A stretch of DNA of 63,117 nucleotides, filler included, from Octopus bimaculoides (Eukaryota): NCBI RefSeq assembly GCF_001194135.2. It is 3 parts of 3 records of this genome, joined end to end, with 100 filler letters (N's around TTAATTAATTAA, not from the genome) between each part and the next. Parts side by side here need not be neighbours in the genome. Positions count along the whole stretch, not along the records: positions 29,629 to 61,042 come from NC_068986.1; 2 more parts are not named here. One strand, 5' to 3'. The position numbers and the translations under genes were made by a program. Below are positions 39,411 to 50,325 of the stretch, piece by piece (position 1 is the stretch's first letter; each line of letters starts with the position of its first letter). The notes under the pieces are model-generated. The model did no database searches, was not told the origin of the DNA, and saw only the letters and a program-made list of their open reading frames with translations.

Positions 39411-39650
39411 CAAAGTTACTAGAGCTGATTTGTCCAGCTAATGTTCTTCGAGATGGTGCCCCAGCATGGCCACGGTCTTTTTTGCCGAACTGCAAAGTTA
39501 CTAGAGCTGATTTGTCCAGTTAAAATTCTTCGAGATGGTGCCCCAGCATGGCCACGGTCTTTTTTGCCGAACTGCAAAGTTACTAGAGCTGATTTGTCCA
39601 GCTAAAATTCTTCGAGATGGTGCCCCAGCATGGCCACACTCTAATGACTG
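39411..39650 (+). repeat. 82-bp tandem repeat, about 3 copies, built from SINE pieces
   Basis: Units start at 39411, 39493 and 39575 and are near-identical. The array abuts the 39013-39410 gap. Confidence 0.9.
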
Positions 39651-40365
39651 AAATAAGTAAAAGACATTGTTTACAGGTTACTAGTTCAAACCAGTTCAGC
39701 TCTGCAGCTGGTTCAATGTTGTTTCAAAAGAGAACAGTCTATTCTTAGACTTCCTTTGTTTACCTTTGCTGTCAGAACTAGAGACCTTACCGTCTTGGAA
39801 TGTTTAGAATCTGCCAACGATGTTGATTCACCTTGGCATTGAATGCAACCTTTAGTTCTGCTTGTAATGGCTGGAATGTATACAGCTCATTTCATATTAA
39901 ACTGATCACATACATACACAAACACATTCACTACAAGCTGTAAGTGACTTTCATTCCTCGACTATGTTTGTGAAGATTTGCTGCCTCTCTGTTGGTAATA
40001 AATACATATCATCGAGAGATGATACAATTATACTGACAAGACAGAAATTATGAATTAACTGCAGGGATGTTTGATGTAGTAAAAACATATCAGACATCAT
40101 AAAATATCAAATTAAGGCAAAATGAAGAGGAATAAACAGGAAAAAAAGATGTGGCTTAAATGTTCCATTCGTAATTTCTCAACATAAACCACAAACTAAA
40201 GCCAGACACCTGGTTATGTTGGATTGTAGTGAATACTCATTCTGCTAAAAGACTCTCCTTCTCTTCGCCATCACCATCTTTTAATGTCCATTTTCCATAC
40301 TGACACGAGCTGAATGCTTTGACAGATTCCAATGGTTTCGTTAAGGTTTTTTCTACAGAAATTAT

Positions 40366-40743
40366 CGCAGGAGTGGCTGTGTGGTAAGTAGCTTGCTTAC
40401 CAACCACATGGTTCCGGGTTCAGTCCCACTGCGTGGCACTTTGGGCAAGTGTCTTCTACTATAGCCTCGGGCTGACCAAAGCCTTGTGAGTGGATTTGGT
40501 AGACAGAAACTGAAAGAAGCCCGTGGTATATATATATATGTATGTGTGTTTGTCCCCCCACCATTGCTTGACAACTGATGCTGGTGTGTTTACATTCCCG
40601 TAACTTAGCAGTTCAGCAAAAGAGACCGATAGAATAAGTACTAGGCTTACAAAGAATAAGTCCTGGGGTCGATTTGTTCGACTAAAGGTGGTGCTCCAGC
40701 ATGGTCGCAGTCAAATGACTGAAACAAGTAAAAGAGTAAAGAG
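40366..40743 (+). mobile_element. SINE family A, full length
   Basis: Same head, core and tail; several CpGs are converted to TG/CA. Confidence 0.85.
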
Positions 40744-40854
40744 AGCACTGATTTTTTGCTACAATGTTTCGTATTGAGACATCAGATGTGAACAAACAAT
40801 GTTTGTTCACATCTGACATCTTGATATGAAACATTGTAACAAAAAAACAGTGCT
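40744..40854. repeat. 111-bp near-perfect palindrome (hairpin / palindromic MITE)
   Basis: 55-bp arms with a 1-nt loop and 7 mismatches. Confidence 0.9.
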
Positions 40855-40933
40855 GGCGATATTTTCTGTAGAAATAACCTTAACAAAATAATATAAAAAG
40901 CACTTCTAACACAGAAACATGTGGTATTGACTC

Positions 40934-41053
40934 GAGCCAGTCAGGTGGCCTTGGCATCGATCATGTTCGGATAGTGCTTTTTACGTGCCACTGGCACAGG
41001 AGCCAGTCAGGTGGCCTTGGCATCGATCATGTTCGGATAGTGCTTTCTACGTG
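40934..41053 (+). repeat. 66-bp tandem duplication
   Basis: GAGCCAGTCAGGTGGCCTTGGCATCGATCATGTTCGGATAGTGCTTT starts at 40934 and 41000. Confidence 0.85.
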
Positions 41054-41547
41054 GAACTGATAATTATTTGCGTGGTGGTAGGCCTTTCTTCTGACTAATC
41101 CAGTGAAATAATCTACAACTTCAAACTGATGCAGAATAGAAAAACGGTCCATGTAACCGACCTTGTTCACAAAGATATGGCATAAACATTTCAAGAATAA
41201 TTAAATATTACCAAATATAAGAACACATTCAAAATAGATTTCACAGAGTATAATTATAATTTTCTTTTTATTTTATAGAATTTTCAAAGATCTTTTTTTT
41301 AAAATTTTTAAAAAAACTTTTTTTCCACTTGAAACGTATTTTTTTTTTAAGAAATGATAATTTCTTTAATCTCCTTGCCGGCCCAAAGAAAACAATGGTT
41401 TTACTCACACAGAATAATGGAAAAGAAGAAATAATAGGAAAATGTCAAACAAAAAAATGATATTTTTTTTTGTCAAACATACATACAAACATACATGTGT
41501 GTGTGTGTGCGTGTATATATATATACACACATAAATAAATACATGTC

Positions 41548-41595
<48 letters not shown>

Positions 41596-42119
41596 TATAT
41601 ATATATATCTATATCTATATAAGTATATATGTCTATATATATATATATATATATATAATGTATGTATATGCCCTTTAAAGCCAGGTTTCAGTGATATGGT
41701 CAATTTAATGAATGAGAATGAATATATGATCGGTAGGATGTTGGTGGGGTGTATGTATCAGTGTGAGTGTGTGTGTGAGTGTGTGCTGTTTGAAGAAATC
41801 CAGAAAAACTGCAGTAAAAACTATTCACAACAACATATTTTTCAAAGAATCAGAATAATGTTGTGAATATTAAAATATTCTTTGTCAATTTAGAAGAAAA
41901 TAGATGATAAAGGCAACATTTTCGTCTCCAACAGAGTACGACGGATTATCATTATTATTATTATTATTATTTCAAAGGGCTAAATGTGGTACTTCTCTAA
42001 TACTGAACCATAAACAAATAAAAAACAAAGGAAAAAAGAAATAGTAGAAAAAGACCCAATGAAGTGACCCTATTGAGAGATAAAATGTGAAAATGAAGCA
42101 GAGTTGATGTAATGGGAGC

Positions 42120-43544
42120 TCAGTCCAGTTCAAACAAGATGTTATTACTGAACTGAAACGGACAGTAAGTTTGATGCTCATTTTTCTGCAAACTAGACAT
42201 TGGTGTGCTTTCCCAACTAAGCATTGAATCCACTTTGTAAATATCTGAAGAATTAACTGTACAACTCTGTTTGTTCTTGCTGTCGGAATTGTCCTTCAGA
42301 TTGGAAGTGTCTATACAATGGCCATTTTCTTTGGAAGAATTTTTATCTGCAACATTTTCATCAACTTCAACAACTTTACCGTTGACTTTTAAATCTTTAC
42401 ATTTCTCCCCGTCAGAGTTCCCTTTTGATATCGACTGATCAAAATCGAACTTATCTCCCTCACCCTCACTTCTAACTGTTGCTGGCACTGTCACACCAAC
42501 TTCTGTCTCTTCAGTGTAACTGGAAGAAGACAAGGCTGTGCCTGAGCTTTGTCCGTTTGAAGTGTGGTGCTCTGAAGTGTTATAATTGGTGTCATCAGTA
42601 ATAGAAAGAGCAGCCATTTGTGTCAGTGTTTGGTCAACTTGTGCTGTGGCTACTTCGTTAGAGTCAACATCAGGAGATTCTGGTATTTCAGAGTCATCAA
42701 GTTCTGGCAGAAGGGTATTACTTACAGCTGCTGTCATTAAATTGTCTAAACGACTTTTCTCTGCTTCCGTAAGTTTGCTGTTATTGCAGCTACTGCTAGC
42801 TTCCATAACCTCTAAGGAGGCACAGTTTTTCGATCTCTTGCAACTGTTTCGTTTCGATTTGGAGGCTGGATTTTTACGGGAGCGGAAGTTGTAGTTATTG
42901 TTCTCAGACTGAGAGGAAGGCTCAGTTTGTGAAGGGTCAGGCATAGGTTGGCCATTCTGATCATAACCAGAGTCGGTATCATGATCAGAGGCCTCGGTAT
43001 TACTCGTTTCATCTGTTTCATCCACAGTACTACTGCTGGCGCCACCTTCCTGCTTGGTTTGGGCAAATGAAGTAGATTTCTTTTTATTATTTTTGCCTTC
43101 ATGTGTTTTGGACTGAGATTTACTGCCATGTTCCCCTGTACCTTTCTTCTTAGTCTCTTCTCCTTCACTGCTCTCTGCACTACTTTGTCGTCGTCGGCGC
43201 CGACCATTCTTTCTGCGTTCTTCACGTTGTCGGTTTCGTTTTCGTTTACTTTTCAACATACTACGCATACTGGAGACTGTGGAATTAGTTTTGAACATAG
43301 CTTGATCGATACGTTCATTAAATGAAACCGATTTCTTGACAGTCGTAAAGGGACTGTCCACCGAGGAAGTATCGGGGGACGCAGACAATGTAACGTTTTC
43401 GTCACTAGATTCAGACATAGTTTTCGAGTGCTGTTTCAGAATTCCTTGTAAATGTGGAAGCCTTTTATGATGTACAACTTCTATACTCGGATATGTCGAT
43501 GGCTCAGTGTCTGTTGTGTCAGACTCAGAAACTGTACGACCCAC
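42120..43544 (-). CDS. DNAAF2: Terminal coding exon (474 aa + stop) of protein kintoun / dynein axonemal assembly factor 2
   Basis: Long open frame preceded by a strong acceptor (tctctttctctgtttcAG|GTGGGT, AG at 43545-43546, phase 0). It carries motifs I recognise from invertebrate kintoun C-termini: GILKQHSKTMSESSDE, KKSVSFNERIDQAMFKTNSTV followed by a basic K/R tract, and terminal CPFQFSNNILFELD*. The first 13 residues of the ORF-track entry (MLIDIHLSLSLFQ) are intronic. Assignment is by motif recognition, not a database search. Confidence 0.85.
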   Translation of the reverse strand: MGRTVSESDTTDTEPSTYPSIEVVHHKRLPHLQGILKQHSKTMSESSDENVTLSASPDTSSVDSPFTTVKKSVSFNERIDQAMFKTNSTVSSMRSMLKSKRKRNRQREERRKNGRRRRRQSSAESSEGEETKKKGTGEHGSKSQSKTHEGKNNKKKSTSFAQTKQEGGASSSTVDETDETSNTEASDHDTDSGYDQNGQPMPDPSQTEPSSQSENNNYNFRSRKNPASKSKRNSCKRSKNCASLEVMEASSSCNNSKLTEAEKSRLDNLMTAAVSNTLLPELDDSEIPESPDVDSNEVATAQVDQTLTQMAALSITDDTNYNTSEHHTSNGQSSGTALSSSSYTEETEVGVTVPATVRSEGEGDKFDFDQSISKGNSDGEKCKDLKVNGKVVEVDENVADKNSSKENGHCIDTSNLKDNSDSKNKQSCTVNSSDIYKVDSMLSWESTPMSSLQKNEHQTYCPFQFSNNILFELD

Positions 43545-43758
43545 CTGAAACAGAGAAAGAGACAAGTGAATATCTATTAGCAAAATACTCTCAAATAGTT
43601 TCTTTTATTATCTATAAAATTGCATTATTAGAATGAACAAGGACAACTAAAACGTTACTAGTAAAACCGAGCCCTATGGACACGTAAGAGCCAGTTTCCT
43701 GGTTTCTGTGGCATATATATATATTTACCCTCAGCTATTATCATGAGGCTTTGCTATT

Positions 43759-43935
43759 ATTCATGGTCGATGTACAAAAATGGAGAAGGTGACCCCAAGA
43801 CTGGCAAGAAAGTTTGTTTGTGGAAGATGTGAGAAAAGAGCTGGAGGGCTGGCGAAGTCAGTGGAAACACTATGTGATGAGGTGGAGACGGTGAGAGGAT
43901 TTTGTTATTTGGGAGACAGGGTGGATGTAAGTTGT
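43759..43935 (+). mobile_element. RTE-clade LINE reverse-transcriptase fragment, antisense within the last kintoun intron
   Basis: Uninterrupted frame IHGRCTKMEKVTPRLARKFVCGRCEKRAGGLAKSVETLCDEVETVRGFCYLGDRVDVS. The E-x-V-x2-F-x-Y-L-G motif is the C-terminal RT motif, preceded by H-x2-C...C-x2-C. Confidence 0.75.
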
Positions 43936-44585
43936 GTATAACTCAGTTACCATTAAGCTAGTGTTAGGGAGGCAGTGTTTTGTCTAACTTGGGCAAAATA
44001 CTACAAGGTATTTCTGTTTGGAATGGACCAGTTTTAGGTTCAGTTCCACTGCATGGCACCAAGGGCAAGTATCTTCTACCAAAGGCTGACCAAAATGTCA
44101 ACATATGTACATGTTGGCATTAGGAAGGGGATCCAGACATAGAAACCATTGCCAAAAGAGACAAGTGGAACCTGGTGTAGCCCTCTGGCCTGCCAGATCT
44201 GCCAACCCATGTGAGCATGGAGAACAGACATTAAATGGTGATGATGATGTTATATATTATGTATGTATGAGTGTGTGTGTGTATAAGTATATGCATGTGT
44301 GTGTTAGACTCTCCACTCTTGACACTGTGTGATTGTTATAAACGAGGAGCATTATCAGACAAGCAGTGACATTCATTTCTGCAAAAACATGTCTGGTTAT
44401 GGGGAAACATTACCTTGCTTGGAAACAGATGAGGGTTGGCAACAGAGAAGGCATCTGGCCTTAGAAAATCTGCCTCAACAAATTACTGGTTAATGTGTAC
44501 AAAACAAAAAATGACAAATGTTTGTCCTCCCTTAATTCTACATTTTATTGTGTGGAAAGCAAATAATGTCATAGTTTCTAATGAC

Positions 44586-44744
44586 CTGAATATCGAGTTT
44601 GATGTGTTTCTCATTGAGTTCGGACACATTCAGTTGATAATCCATCTCCTGGAGCTGAGGCATGTTGCAGGCACTGTTGTCTCCACCGCACTCAAGTTCT
44701 TCGAGAGATGATTGTAATCGGCTGCTACTTTCAAAACTGTGGTA
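44586..44744 (-). CDS. DNAAF2: Penultimate coding exon of kintoun (53 aa: YHSFESSSRLQSSLEELECGGDNSACNMPQLQEMDYQLNVSELNEKHIKLDIQ)
   Basis: Poly-T tract plus ttccAG acceptor (AG at 44745-44746). The exon is 159 nt, open, and phase 0/0, joining in frame to the terminal exon. The donor CAG|GTCATT is weak. LEELE...LNVSELNEKHIKLDIQ resembles, from memory, the short vertebrate DNAAF2 exon 2 (FLEEV...IEVLQVTDNKIQINAK). Confidence 0.7.
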
Positions 44745-45484
44745 CTGGAAGTAAAAAAAAAAAAATTAAAAAAAAAAAAAAGATTTAGCAATTTGAGAGA
44801 CGGAGAGGAGAGAGAACAAAACTAAATCCATGACTTTGCATAACTATCTAATTAGATATTATCAATTTTCATTTAGTTTTATTAAACAAAACACAAACAC
44901 AAACACACGCACACAAGCAAATCCTACACAATACAATTCTGAGTTTTCTGAGATGAAAAAAAAACATCCACTACACTCTTTAAAGTGGTTGGCATTGGGA
45001 AGGACATCCAGCAGTAGAGACCCAGCTATTTGAACTTTATACCGTCCTTTGGCTTGCCAACTCCTGTGAAACTGTCCAACCCATGCCAGCATGGAAAACG
45101 GACATAAAATGATGATGATGATGATGATGATGACACACATTCAGTTCTACAGCATGATTCCCACATTATATTCTCCAGAAACTCAAATGCTATGTCTTTC
45201 AGCAGTTACAACATACACACTACTTAAAGTCTAAGTGGAATGTTCTTAACCTATATGCATCAGAAGTTAGTATTTTGAGCAGCCACAAGAAAGAAAAAAA
45301 CCTCCTTCAGCAATTTCGGTCGAAAAGTTCTGTACACTTGTGTTACCAGCCAACACAGACACAGCTATTGGTTACACTACTTCACACTATCTCTGATTAA
45401 CTGAATAAGAAGATAAAACTTTTAACCTATTTTTAGCAAAGTATTGTTATGATTCAAGAAATGGCTGCACAGCCTGCTGTGCAC

Positions 45485-45530
<46 letters not shown>

Positions 45531-45919
45531 TTAGAAGTGTGTGTGTGTGTGCATGCGTTTAGACCCACTTAGTGAGAGATCTTTAATCGTCCTTTAGTTT
45601 TGTTCTTTCATTGTAGTTAAGGTCATCTCAGCTGGAACACTGCTCTTAACATCTAGACGTATAATACTAAGATAAGTAAATAAATATATAATTCACAATG
45701 CAGTCACTGTAAAATAAATTACAAAACAGATGACAGGTCTTGTTGCAACAACAGCGTTAACAGTGCACAGATGTTCCCCTAAACATAAACAAATAAAATG
45801 ATTATGATGATGATGTTGACGATGAATAAATACTTAAAATTGTAACTAATTTGTATGTAAAGCATACCAAAGCAGGCATTGGAGCTCACTGCAGTTGTCC
45901 AGCTCATCCTGTCAAATCA

Positions 45920-45950
<31 letters not shown>

Positions 45951-46329
45951 TGGTGTTTTTAAGGAAGAATGTGTGTAGAGGCCTGGTCGAGTGGTTAAAT
46001 ATTTCCGTTTGCAATGACGGGATTTCAGGTTCATATCAGTGATTGGCATCTTGGCCCTTTCTCTTTTACCATACCGTTAGATCAACCTCAGCCTTGTGAG
46101 TGAAACTGTGTCAATGGAAAACATGTGGAAGCCTGTTGGACGGTCATTTTTGTCCCGTAGTCATGTCATGTTGATCCAGCTTGAGCATTACAATAAAAGA
46201 TTACAATCAATGCGAACGGAATATATAGTAATTAATATTTCAATTAGTACTGACTTCATATGATGAAATAATTTGAATATTTACTTAAAACTGAGAGAGG
46301 ATTCACTTCCTCTTAATATAAAAATTTTA

Positions 46330-46540
46330 GCTCCTCTGGCCCCTGTGTTGGTGGCACATAGAAAAGCACCCACTACACTCTTTGAGTGGTTGGTGTTAGG
46401 AAGGGCATCCAGCCGTAGAAACACTGCCAGATCAGATTGGGGCCTGATGCAGCCTCCTGGCTTCCCAGACCACAGTTGAACCGTCCAACCCATGCCAGCA
46501 TGGAAAACGGATGATAAACGATGATGATGATGATGATGAT
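46330..46540 (+). mobile_element. LINE 3'-end / LINE-tailed SINE ending in (GAT)n (RTE-like)
   Basis: TTAGGAAGGGCATCCAGC...CCAACCCATGCCAGCATGGAAAACGG...(GAT)n. Copies lie at about 33985-34120, 44120-44250, 44960-45135, 50320-50470, 51000-51215 (-), 53330-53562 and 54875-55080. The clade assignment is inferred. Confidence 0.6.
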
Positions 46541-47104
46541 ATTTACACAGAATTATCTACAGATATATTGAAATAAAGACATGAAGCTGAAGTGCTTGTA
46601 ACGGCAGTTATGTTGAACTTGAAAATCTTGATGCTGTATTCTACATATACAGAACCACACACACACACACACTTTCATTTAAGTCTTTTGATGTGAAGCC
46701 ACCTGTGACAGACCCTAGTGCTATTAATCAAACTCCCTGCTTTAAAGTGATTTAAATTAAAACTTTCCATCAAAATTCCATGTTCATTTATATTCTACAC
46801 ACTCTTAATTTAACGACAAAGTTATTTTTCTAAATTTTTTCATTATTTTAAAATTAATTGACACAAAAATCTGTGTATTTCAGCAGGAATCTGGTAATAA
46901 AACGGTTAAGTGGGTTTCGAGTGGATACAAAAGCAGAGGAAGTGGAGATGAGGGGAGGGGACTTGTGAGGAACCAAACTGAAATCTAAGTGAAAGAAGCC
47001 TTTCCAACAGAATAAATGGCATCAAATGTCAGCAGAGATGAAAGAAGCCACTCTGCACCAATGAACATACAGTCTCAGAAAAAGTTTAGCTCTCTCAATG
47101 GATG

Positions 47105-47462
47105 AACCCTTTAGCATTTAAATTGCTCTATCAAATGAGGAGTTTATTTTTAGAATGACATTGTAGGGTAAGTGTGAGAAACCAGACCTGGCCAGTTTGA
47201 ACATAAAACAGATAGAATATTTGGGCCAAATATATCCGGTTTAACCCTTAGCATTCAGCTTATTCTGCTAAATGTAATGCTTGTTTATTCACATTGTTTT
47301 GAATTAATCTGGATTATCTTATAGCTTTGAGATTTCAATGATGTAACAGCATATTTTTAGAATGACATTGTAGGGTAAGTGTAAGAGGCCAGATCCGGCC
47401 AGTTTGAACATAAGATAGAGTATTTGGGCTGGATATGGTCAGTTTAAATGCTAAAGGGTTAA
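47105..47462. mobile_element. piggyBac-like MITE (47245-47458) preceded by a partial tandem copy
   Basis: TTAA-CCCTTAGCATT ... AATGCTAAAGGG-TTAA, i.e. short TIRs with TTAA flanks. The internal segment of about 95 bp is repeated at about 47148-47243 and 47355-47447. Confidence 0.65.
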
Positions 47463-47580
47463 TGTAGCCAATAAACCAGGATAGCTGTATTGATACCTGA
47501 CACTTAATGAATTACTAAAAAAGTGCAGGGCTGCACCACTGAAGTAACTAATACTGGAGTAAATTCAACTCGAGATAGAG

Positions 47581-47688
47581 TTAGCAATGGTGCTGTTTAA
47601 CCCAAAGCCAACCCTGGTTAAGCAGACCAAAATTAGCAATGGTGTTGTTTAACCCGAAGCCAACCCTGGTTAAGCAGACCAAAATTAG
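47581..47688 (+). repeat. 52-bp tandem duplication
   Basis: TTAGCAATGGTG(C/T)TGTTTAACCC(A/G)AAGCCAACCCTGGTTAAGCAGACCAAAA starts at 47581 and 47633. Confidence 0.85.
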
Positions 47689-49020
47689 AGCTATTGCAAA
47701 TATGACAGTACCGTGATTTTGTAAATATATAGGCACAGAAGTTTGGTTCCCAACCACATGGTTCTGGGTTCAGTCCCACTGTGTGGTACCTTGGACAAGT
47801 ATCCTCTACTATAGCCTCAGGCTAACCAAAGCCTTGTGAGAGGATTTTGTAGAGGAAACTGAAAAGAAGCCCATCTTGTGTATATCTATGCATGCATATC
47901 CCCCATCACCACTATTTAACAACTGGTGTTAGCATGTTTATGTCCCCGTAACTTAGCGATTCGGGAATAGAGACTGACAGAATAAGCACCAGGCTTTAGA
48001 AAAATGTACTGGGGTCGATTTATTCATCTGATAATTCTTCAAGGTGGTGCCCTAGCATGGCCACAGTCTAATGAACGAAACAAGTAAAAGATAAATGATA
48101 TAGGACTATATTGTTTAATGCATGGTTTTTTTTAAAAGAGGGTTTGGTGTTATTTATATTGAAGGAGTTTTGGCTGCTCTGTTTAGCAGGTTGAGTAAGG
48201 AACCATGTAGAGCCTTCCCTTCTTGAAGTTAGTCGTGTGAACAACAAGTATGAAGGAGTGAAAGACAGAATTCTGCTGTGGCTCCTGCTTCTTCTCCCTC
48301 TTTACCATCAGTGGTCTCTACACACAATCAGGTAAATCTAAATAACATAGAAACATATCTATGAGTTCAGGTCTGGTTCTGTAGTTAAGAAGTCAGCTTT
48401 GCAGATGTGGTTCTGGTTTTGATTCCACTGTGCAGCACCTTGCACAAGCGCTTTTCTTCTACTTTGGCTTTTGGCTATGAAACTTGGTAAACAGAAACTG
48501 CACAGAAGCCTGTTGAATGATTATCGTCATCAGATATTTGTATGTGCGTAGAAAAATAATAATAATTATTATTATTTCTGCTATGGGAACAAGGCCTGAA
48601 ATTTGGGGGAGGGGACCAGCTGATTACATTGACCCCACTGTTTCACTGGTACTTAATTCATTGACCCTGAAAGGATGAAAGGCAAAGTCAACCTTGGTGG
48701 AATTTGAACTCAGAACGTAAAGACAGATGAAATACCGCTAAGCATTTTGCCCAGCGTGCTAACATATCTGCCAGCTCGCTGCTTTAAATAATAATAATGA
48801 TAATGTAGGATCAGTCAAGTGGTTATAGTAACACAATTGCTTACTCTCTAGCATAAAGATGGCTTGAATAGAAAATAAAAACGACTCGATAATTAATCGA
48901 TAAAATTTGTTAATCAATGCATCAGATACAGTTTGTCTCATATTGAGATTAGACAGAAAATTCCAATAAGATGACAGCTGTTATACAATTCCATTTCAAA
49001 ATCAACAAAGATTGCTTATA

Positions 49021-49396
49021 TTGTGGCACTCCGTTGGTTACGATGACGAGGATTCCAGTTGATCTGATCAATGGAACAGCTTGCTTGTGAAATTTGTGTG
49101 CAAGTGGCTGAGCACTCCACAGACACATATACCCTTAACGTAGTTCTCGGGGATAGTCAGCGTGACACAGTGTGACCAGGCTGGCCCTTTGAAATACAGG
49201 TACAACAGAAACAGAAAGAAAGAGAGAAAGTTGTGGTGAAAGAGTACAGCAGGGTTCACCACCACCCTCTGTCGGAGCCTCGTGGAGCTTTAGGTGTTTT
49301 CGCTCAATAAACACTCACAACGCCTGGTCTGGGAATCAAAACCGTGATCCTATGACCGCGAGTCCGCTGCCCCAACCACTGGGCCATTGCGCCTCA
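49021..49396 (-). mobile_element. tRNA-derived SINE family C
   Basis: The minus-strand head GAGGCGCAATGGCCCAGTGG...GGTTTTGATTCCC has A- and B-box-like sequences. Related copies or variants lie at about 241-540, 13486-13710, 17772-18020, 19320-19500, 20410-20630 and 29189-29528. Confidence 0.75.
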
Positions 49397-50285
49397 ATTG
49401 CTTATAACATAATAATCAATAAATGAAAGTGATAGTAGAGGTATTCAAGCACTACAACTGTTTCATAGCTCTCCAGTATAATTTCTCATCAGGTACATAC
49501 GACTGATTGATTATGGCAGACAATTTTTAACTAAAGAGTTGTCTGTACCTGAAGAAAAAAGTATACCACACAAGACATTTGTAATGCTTTTGAAAGAGTT
49601 GTAGCACTTGGCTACCTCTTCTATCTCCTTTATATATATATATATATATATATATNNNNNNNNNNNNNNNNNNNNNNNNNNNNNNNNNNNNNNNNNNNNN
49701 NNNNNNNNNNNNNNNNNNNNNNNNNNNNNNNNNNNNNNNNNNNNNNNNNNNNNNNNNNNNNNNNNNNNNNNNNNNNNNNNNNNNNNNNNNNNNNNNNNNN
49801 NNNNNNNNNNNNNNNNNNNNNNNNNNNNNNNNNNNNNNNNNNNNNNNNNNNNNNNNNNNNNNNNNNNNNNNNNNNNNNNNNNNNNNNNNNNNNNNNNNNN
49901 NNNNNNNNNNNNNNNNNNNNNNNNNNNNNNNNNNNNNNNNNNNNNNNNNNNNNNNNNNNNNNNNNNNNNNNNNNNNNNNNNNNNNNNNNNNNNNNNNNNN
50001 NNNNNNNNNNNNNNNNNNNNNNNNNNNNNNNNNNNNNNNNNNNNNNNNNNNNNNNNNNNNNNNNNNNNNNNNNNNNNNNNNNNNNNNNNNNNNNNNNNNN
50101 NNNNNNNNNNNNNNNNNNNNNNNNNNNNNNNNNNNNNNNNNNNNNNNNNNNNNNNNNNNNNNNNNNNNNNNNNNNNNNNNNNNNNNNNNNNNNNNNNNNN
50201 NNNNNNNNNNNNNNNNNNNNNNNNNNNNNNNNNNNNNNNNNNNNNNNNNNNNNNNNNNNNNNNNNNNNNNNNNNNNNNNNNNNNN

Positions 50286-50325
<40 letters not shown>

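Noticed and set aside
42586-43325. Antisense or alternate-frame ORFs over the kintoun exon, and 34812-35448 minus-strand ORFs over the plus-strand exon
   Set aside because: These are shadow frames of real coding exons with no independent start or splice support.
29073-47688. 37-, 52-, 66- and 82-bp tandem repeats as CRISPR-like arrays
   Set aside because: They have no unique spacers, the context is eukaryotic and no cas genes are present.
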